Source: Octopus sinensis (taxonomy: Eukaryota). Taken from it: a stretch of 64,000 nucleotides of DNA. The notes beneath the pieces were generated by a model. It did not search any database, had not been told where the DNA came from, and was given only the letters and a program-made list of their open reading frames with translations. The DNA lies in the NCBI RefSeq assembly GCF_006345805.1, contig NC_043008.1, forward strand, positions 63,116,001 to 63,180,000. Reading direction: 5' to 3'. This document shows positions 13,242 through 26,144 of this stretch, in pieces. The position numbers and the translations under genes were made by a program. How positions within the stretch are numbered: position 1 is the stretch's first letter; each line of letters starts with the position of its first letter.

Positions 13242-13559
13242 GAAGGGAAAGGGGAAGAATCAGTGGCTGTGTACAAAAGATGGGAATTCCCCCAACTATA
13301 CTGGAAGATAGAAGTTTGACAGAGGAAGTATAATAAAATTGATGTGAAAAAGAGGTAATACAAGGAAGTAGAACATGTATGGTTAGTATTTCAGAAAGAG
13401 TTAAAATGTGCAAGTAATCAGCTCTTAAAATTGATTGCTGGTCCAACATGGATTTTAGTGGAGTGGACATTGATGTAGTAACTACATTTACACACAAAGT
13501 TATAATGTTTAGTGTTAAGCTAGTGGCATAGATAGGTTTATATATAGTAGTATTACTAT

Positions 13560-13960
13560 GTGTGATGAATATATCTAACTTGTTTTTCACCCTAATATTT
13601 GGAATGCAGGTGATTTTCTCCAAGAATCTACAATCAGGTAGCATCTACATGTGGTAGTAGGGGTGTGGTTATGAATTTTCAAAATGTCCTCATTAGCAAA
13701 AAGGTTGAAGAAGCGATAGAAATACATTTGATGGCACTATTTAAAGCAGACCTAGATGATTGGATTCAACATTAATATATTTTAGAGATTCGTTAAGTTT
13801 ATGGATGTGTAGAATAAACCATACTTTGAATCATGAGTAACATCTAAGAAGTTGGTTAATTTAGTGCTATTTTCCAAAGAAATAGAAAAGTTAAAATTTT
13901 TAAAGAATTTGTGGAGAGTTTTCCAGGTATACTCTAGACCCAATGTGGAACACACAGTAC
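13560..13960 (-). pseudogene. Penelope-like RT fragment, degraded
   Basis: 'FSISLENSTKLTNFLDVT' followed by 'KYINVESNH', typical of PLE RT thumb regions. Confidence 0.7.
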
Positions 13961-13971
13961 ACATGGAAATT

Positions 13972-14015
13972 TATTATTATTATTATTATTATAATTATAA
14001 TTATCATCATCATCA

Positions 14016-14063
<48 letters not shown>

Positions 14064-14138
14064 ATTAACATTCTTCTTCTTCTTCTTCTTCTTATTATTA
14101 TTATTATCATTATTATTATTATTATTATCATTATATTA

Positions 14139-14218
<80 letters not shown>
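13972..14218. repeat. (TTA)n/(TCA)n microsatellite
   Basis: Seen directly. Confidence 0.95.
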
Positions 14219-14219
<1 letters not shown>

Positions 14220-14301
14220 TTTAAAATAGATTGATGTAACTCTTCACAAAGGTAAACAGTTGACGAAGAGCATGATTCAATTGTAAGAGATTTTATTAGT
14301 T

Positions 14302-14340
14302 GAACGATATTTCAACAGTACATCTGTCTTTGTCAAGTTC
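14302..14340 (-). ncRNA. Minimal type-I hammerhead ribozyme with U3-A8 covariant core
   Basis: Minus strand: GAAC-TTGACAA-A-GACAG(ATGTA)CTGTT-GAA-ATAT-C-GTTC. Confidence 0.75.
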
Positions 14341-15607
14341 CAAATAAGAAGTGATAAAAATTGAAAATTACAGAAATTTAAGCGTAAAGTATGGACGAGA
14401 ACAACCAGCATCCACACGATGATGGAATGACATCATCAGTTTTTAAGTGTGTGTGTCTGTATTTGTCTCCATCACAGTTTGACAGCTGGTGCTGGTGTGT
14501 TTACGTCCTTGTAACCTAGCAATTCAGCAAAGATGACTGATAGAGTATCTGGCTGAACAAACAAAATTAAGTATTACTGTTGATTCATTCAGCTAAAAAT
14601 GTTTCAAGGTGATGCCCCAGCATGGCCACAGTCTCATGACTGACACAAGAAAGATAAAGAGTTATTTACTTTTGTAACAAATATTATCGTTCAAGTGATG
14701 GCGAAGTAAAGTGTGAGTCAGTTATTGGCACTTGTATGGTTAGAACATGTATGACAGTCTCTCATATTCTCTTGCATCATTCATAATTAATTCTAGGCAT
14801 TTGAATTCAACTTTTAAATTAGGCCTTCTTTTTCTTCTTATTTCCTATTTTTATGTCTTTTCTTGTAGGTTCATGAAGATAAATTTTACAATATTGAAGT
14901 GACATCTATGTGAGAAATTCTAAAGCTTTATCAAGAAAACCAGGATGAGAGCATTGGAGACAAATTGGTGCAGATAGCAATATTTAATACTCAAACTTCT
15001 TATCCAACAAATAAGTTTTGATTTTAATATTTTATAAGTAAATTTTATTGACTTGTCTCTAACAAAGAATATGCAAATTCCATTTAAGAATTTTCTTTTG
15101 ATTGGTTATCTTTCTTCATCTTTCAGACAGAATCTTAACAGGGAAAGACAATATTTTTCATTACTTGATTCATATTTCACACTTAAATGTCTTTTCCTTT
15201 CTTTTTTTCTCTTTCTATTTCATATTTCATTTTCAATTTAATTGAACTAAAAATATGGTTGGTGATGTCGATGGAGATTATAATCATACCTGAAAGATAA
15301 GCAAACCTAGAAAATATTGAATAAATCTATTAAGATCAAACAGTAAATATAGAGTTTTTCTTTTACAGCAACTAATTTAATTAATGTGTTGGATTTCTTA
15401 AAATTCAAACTTTTAAGAAATTTGGAATTTTATAATTCCAATGAAACCTACCAATTATAAAGAGGATTATTCTGGATTAAGTGAGAAACCAATAAGTAGA
15501 TTTTGCTGTCAGTCTTTGCTGTGTACTTTTAACACATTTATTGCCATATTTCTGTTGAAATATGCAGCCTTTGTTTCAATTGATTTTGGAAATCAACTTT
15601 TATCTTT

Positions 15608-15780
15608 TATGAGGGGTTGCTGAAAAGTTCCTGGCTTTATGGATATCATGGAAGACCTGGTTGGAGGTTCAACCTCCCGATTTCTTTTACAAAGCTTAGA
15701 AAAATTGAAACACCAGTGTAATATATGTATAGATCTGAAACAGGAATATTTTGAATAATATCATAACTAACTGATCCTAT
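15608..15780 (+). mobile_element. Mariner-type MITE, left part
   Basis: TIR-like GAGGGGTTGCTGAAAAGTTCCTGGCTTT. Same family as 17727-17929 and 18197-18420. Confidence 0.6.
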
Positions 15781-15965
15781 ATATATTTATATATATATAT
15801 ATATATATATATACATTTTTTTATATATAGAGGGCATTATACATACATGCCAGAAGGCATTATACATACATGCCAAACGCTAAGAGGGACAATCAGTCAT
15901 TTCTACCAAAAATATTACTAATCCCACCGAATGCAATTTTTCAAAGTAAGACATTTAAAAATATA

Positions 15966-16011
15966 GACCTGTATCACAGTGATTTCATACTTATGTAATC
16001 ATCAGCAGGCC
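15966..16011 (-). ncRNA. Type-I hammerhead ribozyme (unit 1)
   Basis: GGCCTG-CTGATGA-T-TAC(ATAA)GTA-T-GAA-ATCAC(T)GTGAT-A-CAGGTC. Confidence 0.85.
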
Positions 16012-16443
16012 TGAATGTATTATAAATAAACAACGACCCTGCCCCGCTTAAGCCGATCAGCTAACTGATCAACATCAACGAAGCACATGGGTGAGTTTAC
16101 ATATACTACATCCGGATAAATGGCAAACTTTTACGAATTGCATTTCGGGAGAGGAAAAGTTTTTTCGGAATAAAAATTTAGCAAATAAGGACAACTACTT
16201 AATAAGGAAAACTTAACAAGAAATTGTCAGGTAGATAGCGTAAAAACCTCATAAGAGAAAAAATTTCGAAAATAATTATTTCTTATTGAACATATTAATT
16301 TATATATAGAGGGCATTATACATACATGCCAGAAGGCATTATACATACATGCCAAACGCTAAGAGGGACAATCAGTCATTTCTACCAAAAATATTACTAA
16401 TCCCACCGAATGCAATTTTTCAAAGTAAGACATTAAAAATATA

Positions 16444-16489
16444 GACCTGTATCACAGTGATTTCATACTTACGTAATCATCAGCAGGCC
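16444..16489 (-). ncRNA. Type-I hammerhead ribozyme (unit 2)
   Basis: Same as unit 1, with a GUAA (GNRA) loop in stem II. Confidence 0.87.
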
Positions 16490-16996
16490 TGAATGTATTA
16501 TAAATAAACAACGACCCTGCCCCGCTTAAGCCGATCAGCTAACTGATCAACATCAACGAAGCACATGGGTGAGTTTACATATACTACATCCGGATAAATG
16601 GCAAACTTTTACGAATTGCATTTCGGGAGAGGAAAAGTTTTTTCGGAATAAAAATTTAGCAATTAAGGACAACTACTTAATAAGGAAAACTTAACAAGAA
16701 ATTGTCAGGTAGATAGCGTAAAAACCTCATAAGAGAAAAAATTTCGAAAATAATTATTTCTTATTGAACATATTAATTTATATATAGAGGGCATTATACA
16801 TACATGTCAGAAGGCATTATACATACATGCCAAACGCTAAGAGGGACAATCAGTCATTTCTATATATATATACATATATTAAAATCAAATTACAATGAAC
16901 GTAAACAAACAAACCAAGTTTGCTTTAGAAGCATTGAGATGTCTTAGAAAGTTAAAGAAGTGATATTAAATTCTCAAACGCAGGATAATGCTAATA

Positions 16997-17089
16997 ATAT
17001 AGCCTGGACAGGATAAGCTATCCCTATTTTGCCAGCCACCAACACATTTGTCTGCAAAATAGGGGTAGCTTATCCTGTTCAGGCAATAT
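16997..17089. repeat. Short inverted repeat (~36-bp arms)
   Basis: GCCTGGACAGGATAAGCTATCCCTATTTTGC pairs with GCAAAATAGGGGTAGCTTATCCTGTTCAGGC. Confidence 0.85.
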
Positions 17090-17108
17090 ATATATATATA
17101 TATATATG

Positions 17109-17395
17109 TATATAAAAAGGAAATGAAGAAAATGCTGACAAAATAATTTAAGTAATTTAAGTAATTTAATTAGGTGAAAGTTCTTTTTACCGGTTGCGCA
17201 TTTGTTATGCTTATCAAAAGTTTTTTCCTCTTATCTGACCAGATAAGAGGAAAAAACTTATCCGTCAGATAAGAGGAAAAAACTTTTGATAAGCATAACA
17301 AATGCGCAACCGGTAAAAAGAACTTTCACCTAGTTAAATTACTTAAATTACTTAGATTATTTTGTCAGCATTTTCTTCATTTCCTTTTTTATATA
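17109..17395. repeat. Near-perfect foldback (~130-bp arms) in (TA)n
   Basis: 17109-17239 is the reverse complement of 17264-17395; the spacer is itself a partial arm copy. Confidence 0.95.
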
Positions 17396-17450
17396 TCACA
17401 ACTCGTGTTCCACATCTCCTTTTTTAAATATATATATATATATATATATA

Positions 17451-17653
17451 TCATTATCATCATCATCATCATCATTTAGCATCTGCTTCCATGCTAGCAT
17501 GGGTTGGACGGTTCAACTGGGGTCTGTGAAGCCAGAAGGCTGCATCAGGCCCAGTTTGATCTGGCAGTGTTTCTACGGCTGGATGCCCTTCCTAACGCCA
17601 ACCACTCCGTGAGTGTAGTGGGTGCTTTTTTACATGCCACCCGCACAGGAGCC

Positions 17654-17655
<2 letters not shown>
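17451..17655 (-). mobile_element. RTE 3'-end fragment
   Basis: Matches 2189-2385. Confidence 0.85.
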
Positions 17656-17699
<44 letters not shown>

Positions 17700-17726
17700 G
17701 TATGTATATATGTATATATATACACA

Positions 17727-17929
17727 TATGAAAGGGGTGCAGAAATGTTCCAGGTTTTACGGGTATTGCACATGCTTAGTTGGAGTTCTTTTACAGGGCT
17801 TAGAAAAATTGAATGACTGCTGCAATAAGTATCTGAATGTGAGATGGGAATATGTTAAAAATAATAATTAACTGATCTGCCTGTATTTTCTTTTACCCAA
17901 AGCCAGGAACTTTTCAGCACCCTCCTGTA
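17727..17929. mobile_element. Mariner-type MITE
   Basis: Imperfect TIRs GGGGTGCAGAAATGTTCCAGG and CCAGGAACTTTTCAGCACCC, TA-flanked. Confidence 0.65.
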
Positions 17930-18607
17930 GTTGTTTCAATCACTGGAAAGTGGCCATGTAGGGGTACTGCTTTGAAGGGTTTTCAGTGAACAAATCAACC
18001 CCAGTACATATTTTTTTAAATCTCGTATTTATATTATTATCTGTTTGTCTAAGCTGCTATGTTACATGAACGTAAACAAACCAACATTGGTTGTCGAACA
18101 GTGGGGTGGGAGAGACAAACACAAACACAAAGACACACAAACACACACAAACAACCATACAATCACATAGACACACACACACACACATACACTTAGATAC
18201 AAGAGAACATCTGAGAAGTCCCTGGCTTTGAGTAAAAGAAAAAACAAGAGGATCAGTTAATTATGATTTTATTCAACATAATCTCCTCTCCAATTCATAA
18301 ACATATTGCAGCGGTCTTTCAGTTTTCCTATGCCCTGTAAAAGAACTTGGAAGTTTGGGCCCTCAACAAGGCATTTCACAATACTCTTAAGGTCAGGAAC
18401 TTTTCAGCAGTCACTCATACATTGAGCAGGTATCTACACAGTGTTTCATCAACAAAATTCACTCACAAAACATTGAGCAGGCCTGGAAAACATTTACCCA
18501 AGGTGCTGCATAGAAGGACTGTATTCAAAACCATATTGTAAAGTGAGCTTCTTAACCACACAGTTATGCCTGCACCCTATGGAGAATTTAATTAAATAAC
18601 TTTGTCA

Positions 18608-18825
18608 TTGGCAAACTGACAGAATCGTTGACACACTGAGCAAAATTCTTGGCAACATTTCATCCATCTTTATGTTCTAAGTTCAAATTCCACTGAGGTC
18701 GACTTTGCTTTTCATCCTTTCTGGGTTGATAAATAAAGTACCAGTTGAGTATTGGGGTCGATGTAATTCACTATCACCCTCCCCATGAAATTTCAGACCT
18801 TATGACTGTAGGAGAAAGTATTATT
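18608..18825 (+). mobile_element. SINE family B, diverged
   Basis: Homologous to 31483-31700 (GTTCAAATTCC box, AAGTACCAGTT, GGGGTCGAT). Confidence 0.75.
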
Positions 18826-19061
18826 AAGCTACTGTTTAGAACATGAATTAACATGAAATTTTAGTGGCAGGTTATAATCTGGATCACTTTAAAACAGAAA
18901 TTTTGTATCATAGAAGTAGTTGTGGTATGAAACATGCTGGAATTTAACCCTTCAGCACTTAAACCAGCCATTATCCAGCCCAAATATTCTATCTGATTTG
19001 TGTTCAAACCAGCTAGATCAGGCCTCACTCAAATATTTTAAAACTATACAATCATGTGTGA

Positions 19062-19392
19062 AGGCAAATGGCTCAGTGGTTAGAGCGAAGGGCTTATGAG
19101 TGTGAGGTTGTGAGTTCGAATCCCAGACTGGGCTGCGTTTTGTGTTCTTGAGCAAGATACTTTATTTCACGTTGCTCAAGTTCACTCAGCTGTAGAAATG
19201 AGTTGTGACGTCACAGGTGCCAGGCTGTATCTGCTGTTGCCTTTCCCTTGGATAACACTGGTGGCATAGAGAGGGGAGGCCGGTAAGCATGGGTGACTGC
19301 TGGTCTTCCATAAACAACTTTGCCCGGACTTGTGCCTCGGAGGGTAACTTTCTAGGTGCAATCCCACGGTCAGTCTTGACCGAAGGGGGTCT
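19062..19392 (+). mobile_element. tRNA-derived SINE family D
   Basis: A box TGGCTCAGTGG, B box GTTCGAATCCC, central TTCTTGAGCAAG...CACTCAGCTG domain. Confidence 0.8.
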
Positions 19393-20891
19393 TAATACAA
19401 TCCCGTCGTTGAAATCTCAAAGCTTTAAGATAATGCATGATCAATCCCAAACCATGTGAATAAATAAGCATTACATTTGACAGGGTAATCTGAATGGCAT
19501 TCATTTAATGGGAATATCTTCTCACTGAATGAGAATTTAAATAGATGGATCTTTCCATAGATCTTTGCTCCCTTAAAGTAAACTGTGTCTAAGATGGATT
19601 CACAGGTCAATCCAAGAAAATAGACAGTCCAAGAACAGCTGTAGTTTATTTGATGGAATTCTACACAATTTCTATCTAACCAGTGTCACTCACATGACCT
19701 GGGTATATTTGAGACAGTTGTAGATATCACTTGCCCTGCAGTGAGATTGAATTTAAAGCCCCACAGTTGAGTAACAGAGTTTTTTAACCATTGGGCTACT
19801 TGGTCGTAGTGTGTACATACAATGTATATTGATTTCAAATTTTGGCATGAGGTTTCTAATTTCAAGGGAGGAGTAAATTGATTAGACCAACCCCAGTAAT
19901 CAACTTGGTACTTATTTCATTGACCTCGAAAGGAGGAATGGCAAAATAGACTTTGGTGGAATTTGAACTCAGAACATAAAGATGGATAAAATGCTGCTAA
20001 ACATTTTGCCTGATCCAGTAATGATTCTGACCATGTGATGCCTTACATACAATATATATATTGATTTCACAAATTGGATGAGTTAAATCCTGTTAGAATC
20101 AATCAGCAATGAATGATAATAATATAAATACCAGTAATGATATCAGGACAATTCAACTCACATTTTGGAACAAATATGTAGCTTCATGTTAACGATGTCA
20201 GAATTTAGAAGTATTATCTTCTCTCATTTGAAGATAAGGCAATAATCTTTTTTGATTGATCGAAAACAGTTGCAAGAGTTGAATATTATAAAATCTGTCG
20301 GTCTTTATTAACACAAATGTTATAATTAGATAAAAGCAGTGAGTGACAGAAATGGCAGCTTGCCAAACAACAAGTGCCATGGGTTATTCCATTATATCCA
20401 TTTCCTTTCTGAGTTCAAATTTTGCTAAGATTTTTCCATAATTGATAAAATAAACACCAGACAAGATTTGATATTGCTAGTTCCAACTATACTCCTTCTA
20501 TAGAAGTAGTTGTGGTTTGAAACATGCTGGCTTTTAACCCTTCAGCACTTAAACCAGCCAACTGTGAGGCTTTAAATTCAATCTCAGTGCAGGGCAAGTG
20601 ATATCTACAACTGTCTCAAATGTACCCAGGTCATGTGAGTGACACTGGTTTGATAGAAATTGTGTAGAATTCCATCTAATAAACTACACCTGTTCCTGGA
20701 CTGTCTATTTTCTTAGATTAATCTGTGAATCCATCTTAGACACAGTTTACTTTAAAGGAGCAAAAATCTATGGAAAGATCCATCTATTTACATTCTCTTG
20801 AAACTATACTCCTTTCTTACAAATTTTACTGATTTGTGCTAATTTGATAAATAAGCATTATAATTATTTAAAATGAGTTAGAAGAATTTCT

Positions 20892-21109
20892 TTAACCCTT
20901 TGGCATTTAAACCAGCCATATCTAACCAAGCTGTTCCATCCACTTTATGTTCAAATCTAGCCTCTCAAACCAACCTTACAATATCATTCTAAAGATTAAC
21001 TGTTACTTCATCAAAATCCTGAAGCTACAAGATAATGCAGATTAATTCAAATCAATGTGGATAATTAAGCATTACTTTTGACAGAATAATGTGAATGGTA
21101 AAAGGTTAA
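20892..21109. mobile_element. piggyBac-like MITE
   Basis: TTAACCCTTTGGCATT at the left end and AATGGTAAAAGGTTAA at the right, both with TTAA. Confidence 0.6.
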
Positions 21110-21215
21110 CGATACATCTCATGATCATAAAAATATAAAGTAGCAGAAAAGCTAATTTGTACTTTATGAAATAAGAAATTAAAAAATCAATTTTTAAAGA
21201 TGTACTTTAGTTGCA

Positions 21216-21249
<34 letters not shown>

Positions 21250-21509
21250 GTTGTCATCATCATCATCATCATCATCGTTGTCATCATCCTCATCATCGTT
21301 GTCATCATCATCATCATCATCGTCATCATCATCATCATCATCATCATCATCGTTGTCATCATCATCATCATCATCATCATCGTTGTCCATCATCATCATC
21401 ATCATCATCATCGTCATCATCATCATCATCATCATCGTTGTCATCATCATCATCATCGTTGTCATCATCATCATCATCATCATTGTCATCATCATCATCA
21501 TCATCGTTG

Positions 21510-21541
<32 letters not shown>

Positions 21542-21558
21542 GTTGTCATCATCATCAT
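21216..21558. repeat. Long (ATC)n microsatellite with periodic CGTTGT interruptions, tail of an RTE-like 3' end
   Basis: Followed by 'GTCTACTTTTCCATGCTTGCATGGGT', similar to the RTE terminus. Confidence 0.9.
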
Positions 21559-22053
21559 CTTGGTGTCTACTTTTCCATGCTTGCATGGGTCAAATGGAAT
21601 TTGTTGAGGCAGATATTCTGTGGCCAGATGTCCCACCTTGTTGCTAAACCTCTCTTGTTTCCCAGTAACCTAATATTTCCTATGATAGACATGTTTTCTC
21701 AAAGGACTGGAAACAAAGGACACCATTGTAACACTATAACAACTGCTTACGACTATTATGCAATATCAAGGGAAGGAGGCACATTCACACAGTTTTGGGG
21801 TGTAGATTATGTCCAAAACAGAAATCTCTTTTCTTTATAATTTGACCTGCTAAACTCTAACAAACATTGACTTTTAAAAACTGTATATCTACTATGATCC
21901 AGAGGTACATCAGAAGAGCATTGATAAAAAAAACTGCCTACAATACCTGAAAGAGTGAGACCAAGATGACCAACTAAGTTTTCATTATCAGTGGAGTTTG
22001 CCTGGTTATGACTGGTTATAGCTCAATTACGTGTGTTTGCGTTTATATATATA

Positions 22054-22451
22054 CTAGCAGTATCACCCGGCGTTGCTTGGGTTTGTAAAGGAAATAACTA
22101 TATAAACATTTTTAGAGAGTTATAGCCAAAAAATAGCAAAAAATGCATTAAAAATGGAAAACAAATGATGGTAAATTTTCTTTTAAATCATTGACTCATC
22201 GTAGACATTTTTAGAGAGTTACTTCCCTTATATAATAGCATAAAAAATGCATTAAAATGGAAAAAAATGATGGTAAATTTTTTTTTAAATCGTAGACTCA
22301 TCGTAGACGCGCGCTAATACCCAGAAGGGCTCGATATGAATGACGACTATAAGATACCCGGTTTTGGTTAAACTGCACCGCAAAATGTGGGAGTAGTTAG
22401 GAATCTAAATCGTAGGAGACAGGCACACAACTTCTCTTTTATATATAAAGA
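22054..22451 (-). mobile_element. Non-autonomous Helitron (copy of 8043-8440)
   Basis: On the minus strand: TC start, hairpin, CTAG end, inserted between A and T. Confidence 0.9.
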
Positions 22452-22719
22452 TATATATATATATATATATATATATGACGGATTCTCTTGTGATGAACGA
22501 CAAATGAGAGTTCAGTAAATTAAAGTGTTAATCATGTTCTATGGACATAAATGTACCTCTTGAGGCCTGCTGGTGACTTGCAAGCCTTTTGACAAATAGA
22601 ACAAATTGAGGACTTGGCTTACTTCAGTGTTTGTGGATCACTTACTGGATGTTTTCTTGAGTGGATGGCTACGCCTGCTTTGCTTCATGCCACAAAAACA
22701 CAATGACAAGAAAGATTTC

Positions 22720-22768
<49 letters not shown>

Positions 22769-22769
22769 G

Positions 22770-23211
<442 letters not shown>

Positions 23212-23214
23212 ATA

Positions 23215-23254
<40 letters not shown>

Positions 23255-24374
23255 TATATATACATATGTGGATGTCCTAAACTGCATAATATTTTATTTT
23301 GTGCTTTTGAATGTATTAATTCTTTCTGTTTCCTCGCCTACTGTTTTTCTGTTATTTTGGTGTTCTGTGGTGGTTTAATTAAACTTTAGCTCTTATTTCT
23401 AGCAGGTGTATGCTTTTAAGTATCTTTATGCTTCGTGCAAATTTGTAATTCTTAGCTATATATATATATATATATATTTATCTTCTATCTTTTACTTGCT
23501 TCAGTTATTAGACTGTGGCCATGCTAGGGTACCCCTTTGAAGAATTTTTTTGTTGAATTAAGGCTGGTACTTATTCTAAATGACCTGGTGTTGATTCATT
23601 GAATTAAAACTTTTGAAGGTAATAGTGTCCCAGCATGGCAGTAGTCTAACATCTGAAACAAGTAAAAAAATCAAAAATTATCAAGGGACCATGAAGACGT
23701 CATTCCTTTTAATAAAAAGATATTATCTTAGGCATTTAATTCGATAAAAAAAACATCTCATTGATTCAAGATTAGCTGATAATATTTCTTATTATATTTT
23801 CTGTCATTTGAGCCATTTTACTAGCTTGCAAGTTTTTATTAGGGTTTGATCTATGCTAACACTGTAAAGTTACACAATATTCAGTTAATTTTCACAGTTT
23901 CCCTGTTGTTATTTCCTGCAGAGTGATCTACTTTCTCATAACATTTACTTATATCAAGATAGACTGATCATACAAGAATTATTTTAGAAGTATTAACCAA
24001 GAACACCATACAGCATTGATTTGGCTATATGAACCAGTCACTCTTCATCTCATGCCATGCGATCAACTCAACATGCTACAATTCTAACTGCTGACATGTT
24101 ATTGAAAATTAGTTTTGAAACTGGAATTGGAAGTAGATCAAAATTAGTTTGAAGGCCAGGATCTCATTATCCACAGTTCTCCATTTTTGGCACCGAAATT
24201 TTCTTAATAGATTTATTTATACAAAGTTAATGACTGGGTATTACTTCTTGACATCTTGATTGGAAGTTGCAAAATATTGACACATCTATCATATATATGC
24301 ATGTGTGTCCGTGTGTATGTATAACTGTGTGTCTGTGCATATGTATGTATATGTATATTTGTGTATGTGTGGGT

Positions 24375-24438
<64 letters not shown>

Positions 24439-24489
24439 GTATGTATGTATGTATGTATGTATGTATATATAGATAGATAGATAAAAAAG

Positions 24490-24770
24490 AAGCTCTCCAT
24501 CAGTTACGACAATAGGATCAACAGAACAGCTTAGCCGTGAAATTAACATGCAAGTGGCTGAGCACTCCACAGACACGTGTACCCTTAATGTAGTTCTCAG
24601 AGTGTGACAAGGCTGGCCCTTTGAAAAACAGGCACCACTCATTTTTGCCAGCTGAGTGGACTGGAGCAACGGGAAAATGAAGTAGCTTACTCCAGGACAC
24701 TACACATCACCAGGAACTGAACTCATGACCTTATGATCATGAACTGAATGCCCTAACCACTAAGCCATGC
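24490..24770 (-). mobile_element. tRNA-derived SINE
   Basis: Minus-strand TGGCTTAGTGGTTAGGG head and GAGTTCAGTTCC B box, central domain shared with 19062-19392. Confidence 0.75.
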
Positions 24771-26144
24771 TTACACACACACACACACATATATACACAT
24801 ATACATATACACGGTGTGTGTGTGTGCATACATATATTAAAAGAAGTGAGGTAGTCAGAATTTTCGATAATTTAGCACTATCATCTCCTTTTAGATACTC
24901 ATCACAAATGATTTATTTACAGAAAATTCACACCTTTTATATAAAATGTGAGCTAGTTGAAAACATCCGATGTTGAATTGGGGGGAGTATGTTCTTTGTC
25001 ATTTTGTATCTATATGTATGCGCATATGTGTGTGTGTGTATGTGCGTGTGTGTGTGTGTGTGCATGTGTGCATTTGAAAAATTTTTGGAGGGTTGATTAG
25101 AGAGAGGAAAATGGAAAAAGAAAAAAGTAAGAAAGATAGAGAAAAAGTAGTCTTTTTCTGAGATCGTTGAAATTTCCTTGAATTTTAGGCTCAGTTGTCA
25201 TGCTACCCAGCTACAGAAAGGGTCCTAATTACATTCGAAGAGGTCAATTTTTTTATAGACATTGTATTTTTTGTCAGTTGTTATGTTATCCTACTGCAGA
25301 AAATAAACTCAATGAAATAGTTTTGGAAGGTTTTTACGCATGTGTGTGTGTGTGTGTGTTTGGGCACATGTGTGTGTGTGTGTGTTTGGGCACATGTGTG
25401 TGACAGAGTGTGAGTGTTGTGTGTTGGTTGCTTAAGTGAATTTTTTCAGTTTTTTAAGTAACAATAATGAGAACAATGCAGTAAGGATTTCTCACGTTTT
25501 TATAAATATATATGTATTTTCTATTTATATATGTTTAGTTGAGGTAAGTTTTTGATGAAATATAGTTCAATTGCCTTCCAGTACTTTGGGGTCATCCTTT
25601 GGGTATTTCTTTTCTTTCTTCCTGCCTTCCTTTCTTTTATCTTTTTTTTCTCTCTAATCAAGCTTCCAAAACTACAACACACACATACATACTTACAAAC
25701 ACACACACACACACACATTCAAAATGACCCAGAACATTATTTTACCAACTACAGATTTTTTCCAGTTAATGAATTTTCTGCAAATAAATCATTCATGATG
25801 ATTCTCTCAAAAGGAGATGAAAACACTAAATAAATAATTATCCAAAATTCTGAACACCTCCTTTTACTTAATACATAAAATTTGTATATCACTTCAAACA
25901 ATCTACATCTGTGTGTGTGTGTTTGAGTGGCTCATTTTCAGAAAGTAGAAAGGAGTTAATTCATTGAAAAGTTAGATAAGTTAGCAATCTTTTACTAGTG
26001 AGGCTACTGCAGGCTACTGCAGAGACAACTTCAGTTTCTTGCAGATGCACCTCATATTTTCTGAGGAAGAATTAAATCTATGGCTGCATTAGCAAATCAT
26101 TAGATTGAGAAAAAATATGGCTAGTGGGAATTTTTTTCTCATCA

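Larger units (their letters stand above)
15820..16863 (-). repeat. ~478-bp tandem repeat (~2.2 units) embedded in (TA)n, one hammerhead per full unit
   Basis: Anchor AGGGCATTATACATACATG at 15831, 16310 and 16788; units near-identical. Confidence 0.95.

Noticed and set aside
21187-21840. Poly-Asp/His/Ser/Met ORFs
   Set aside because: Artefacts of the (ATC)n microsatellite.
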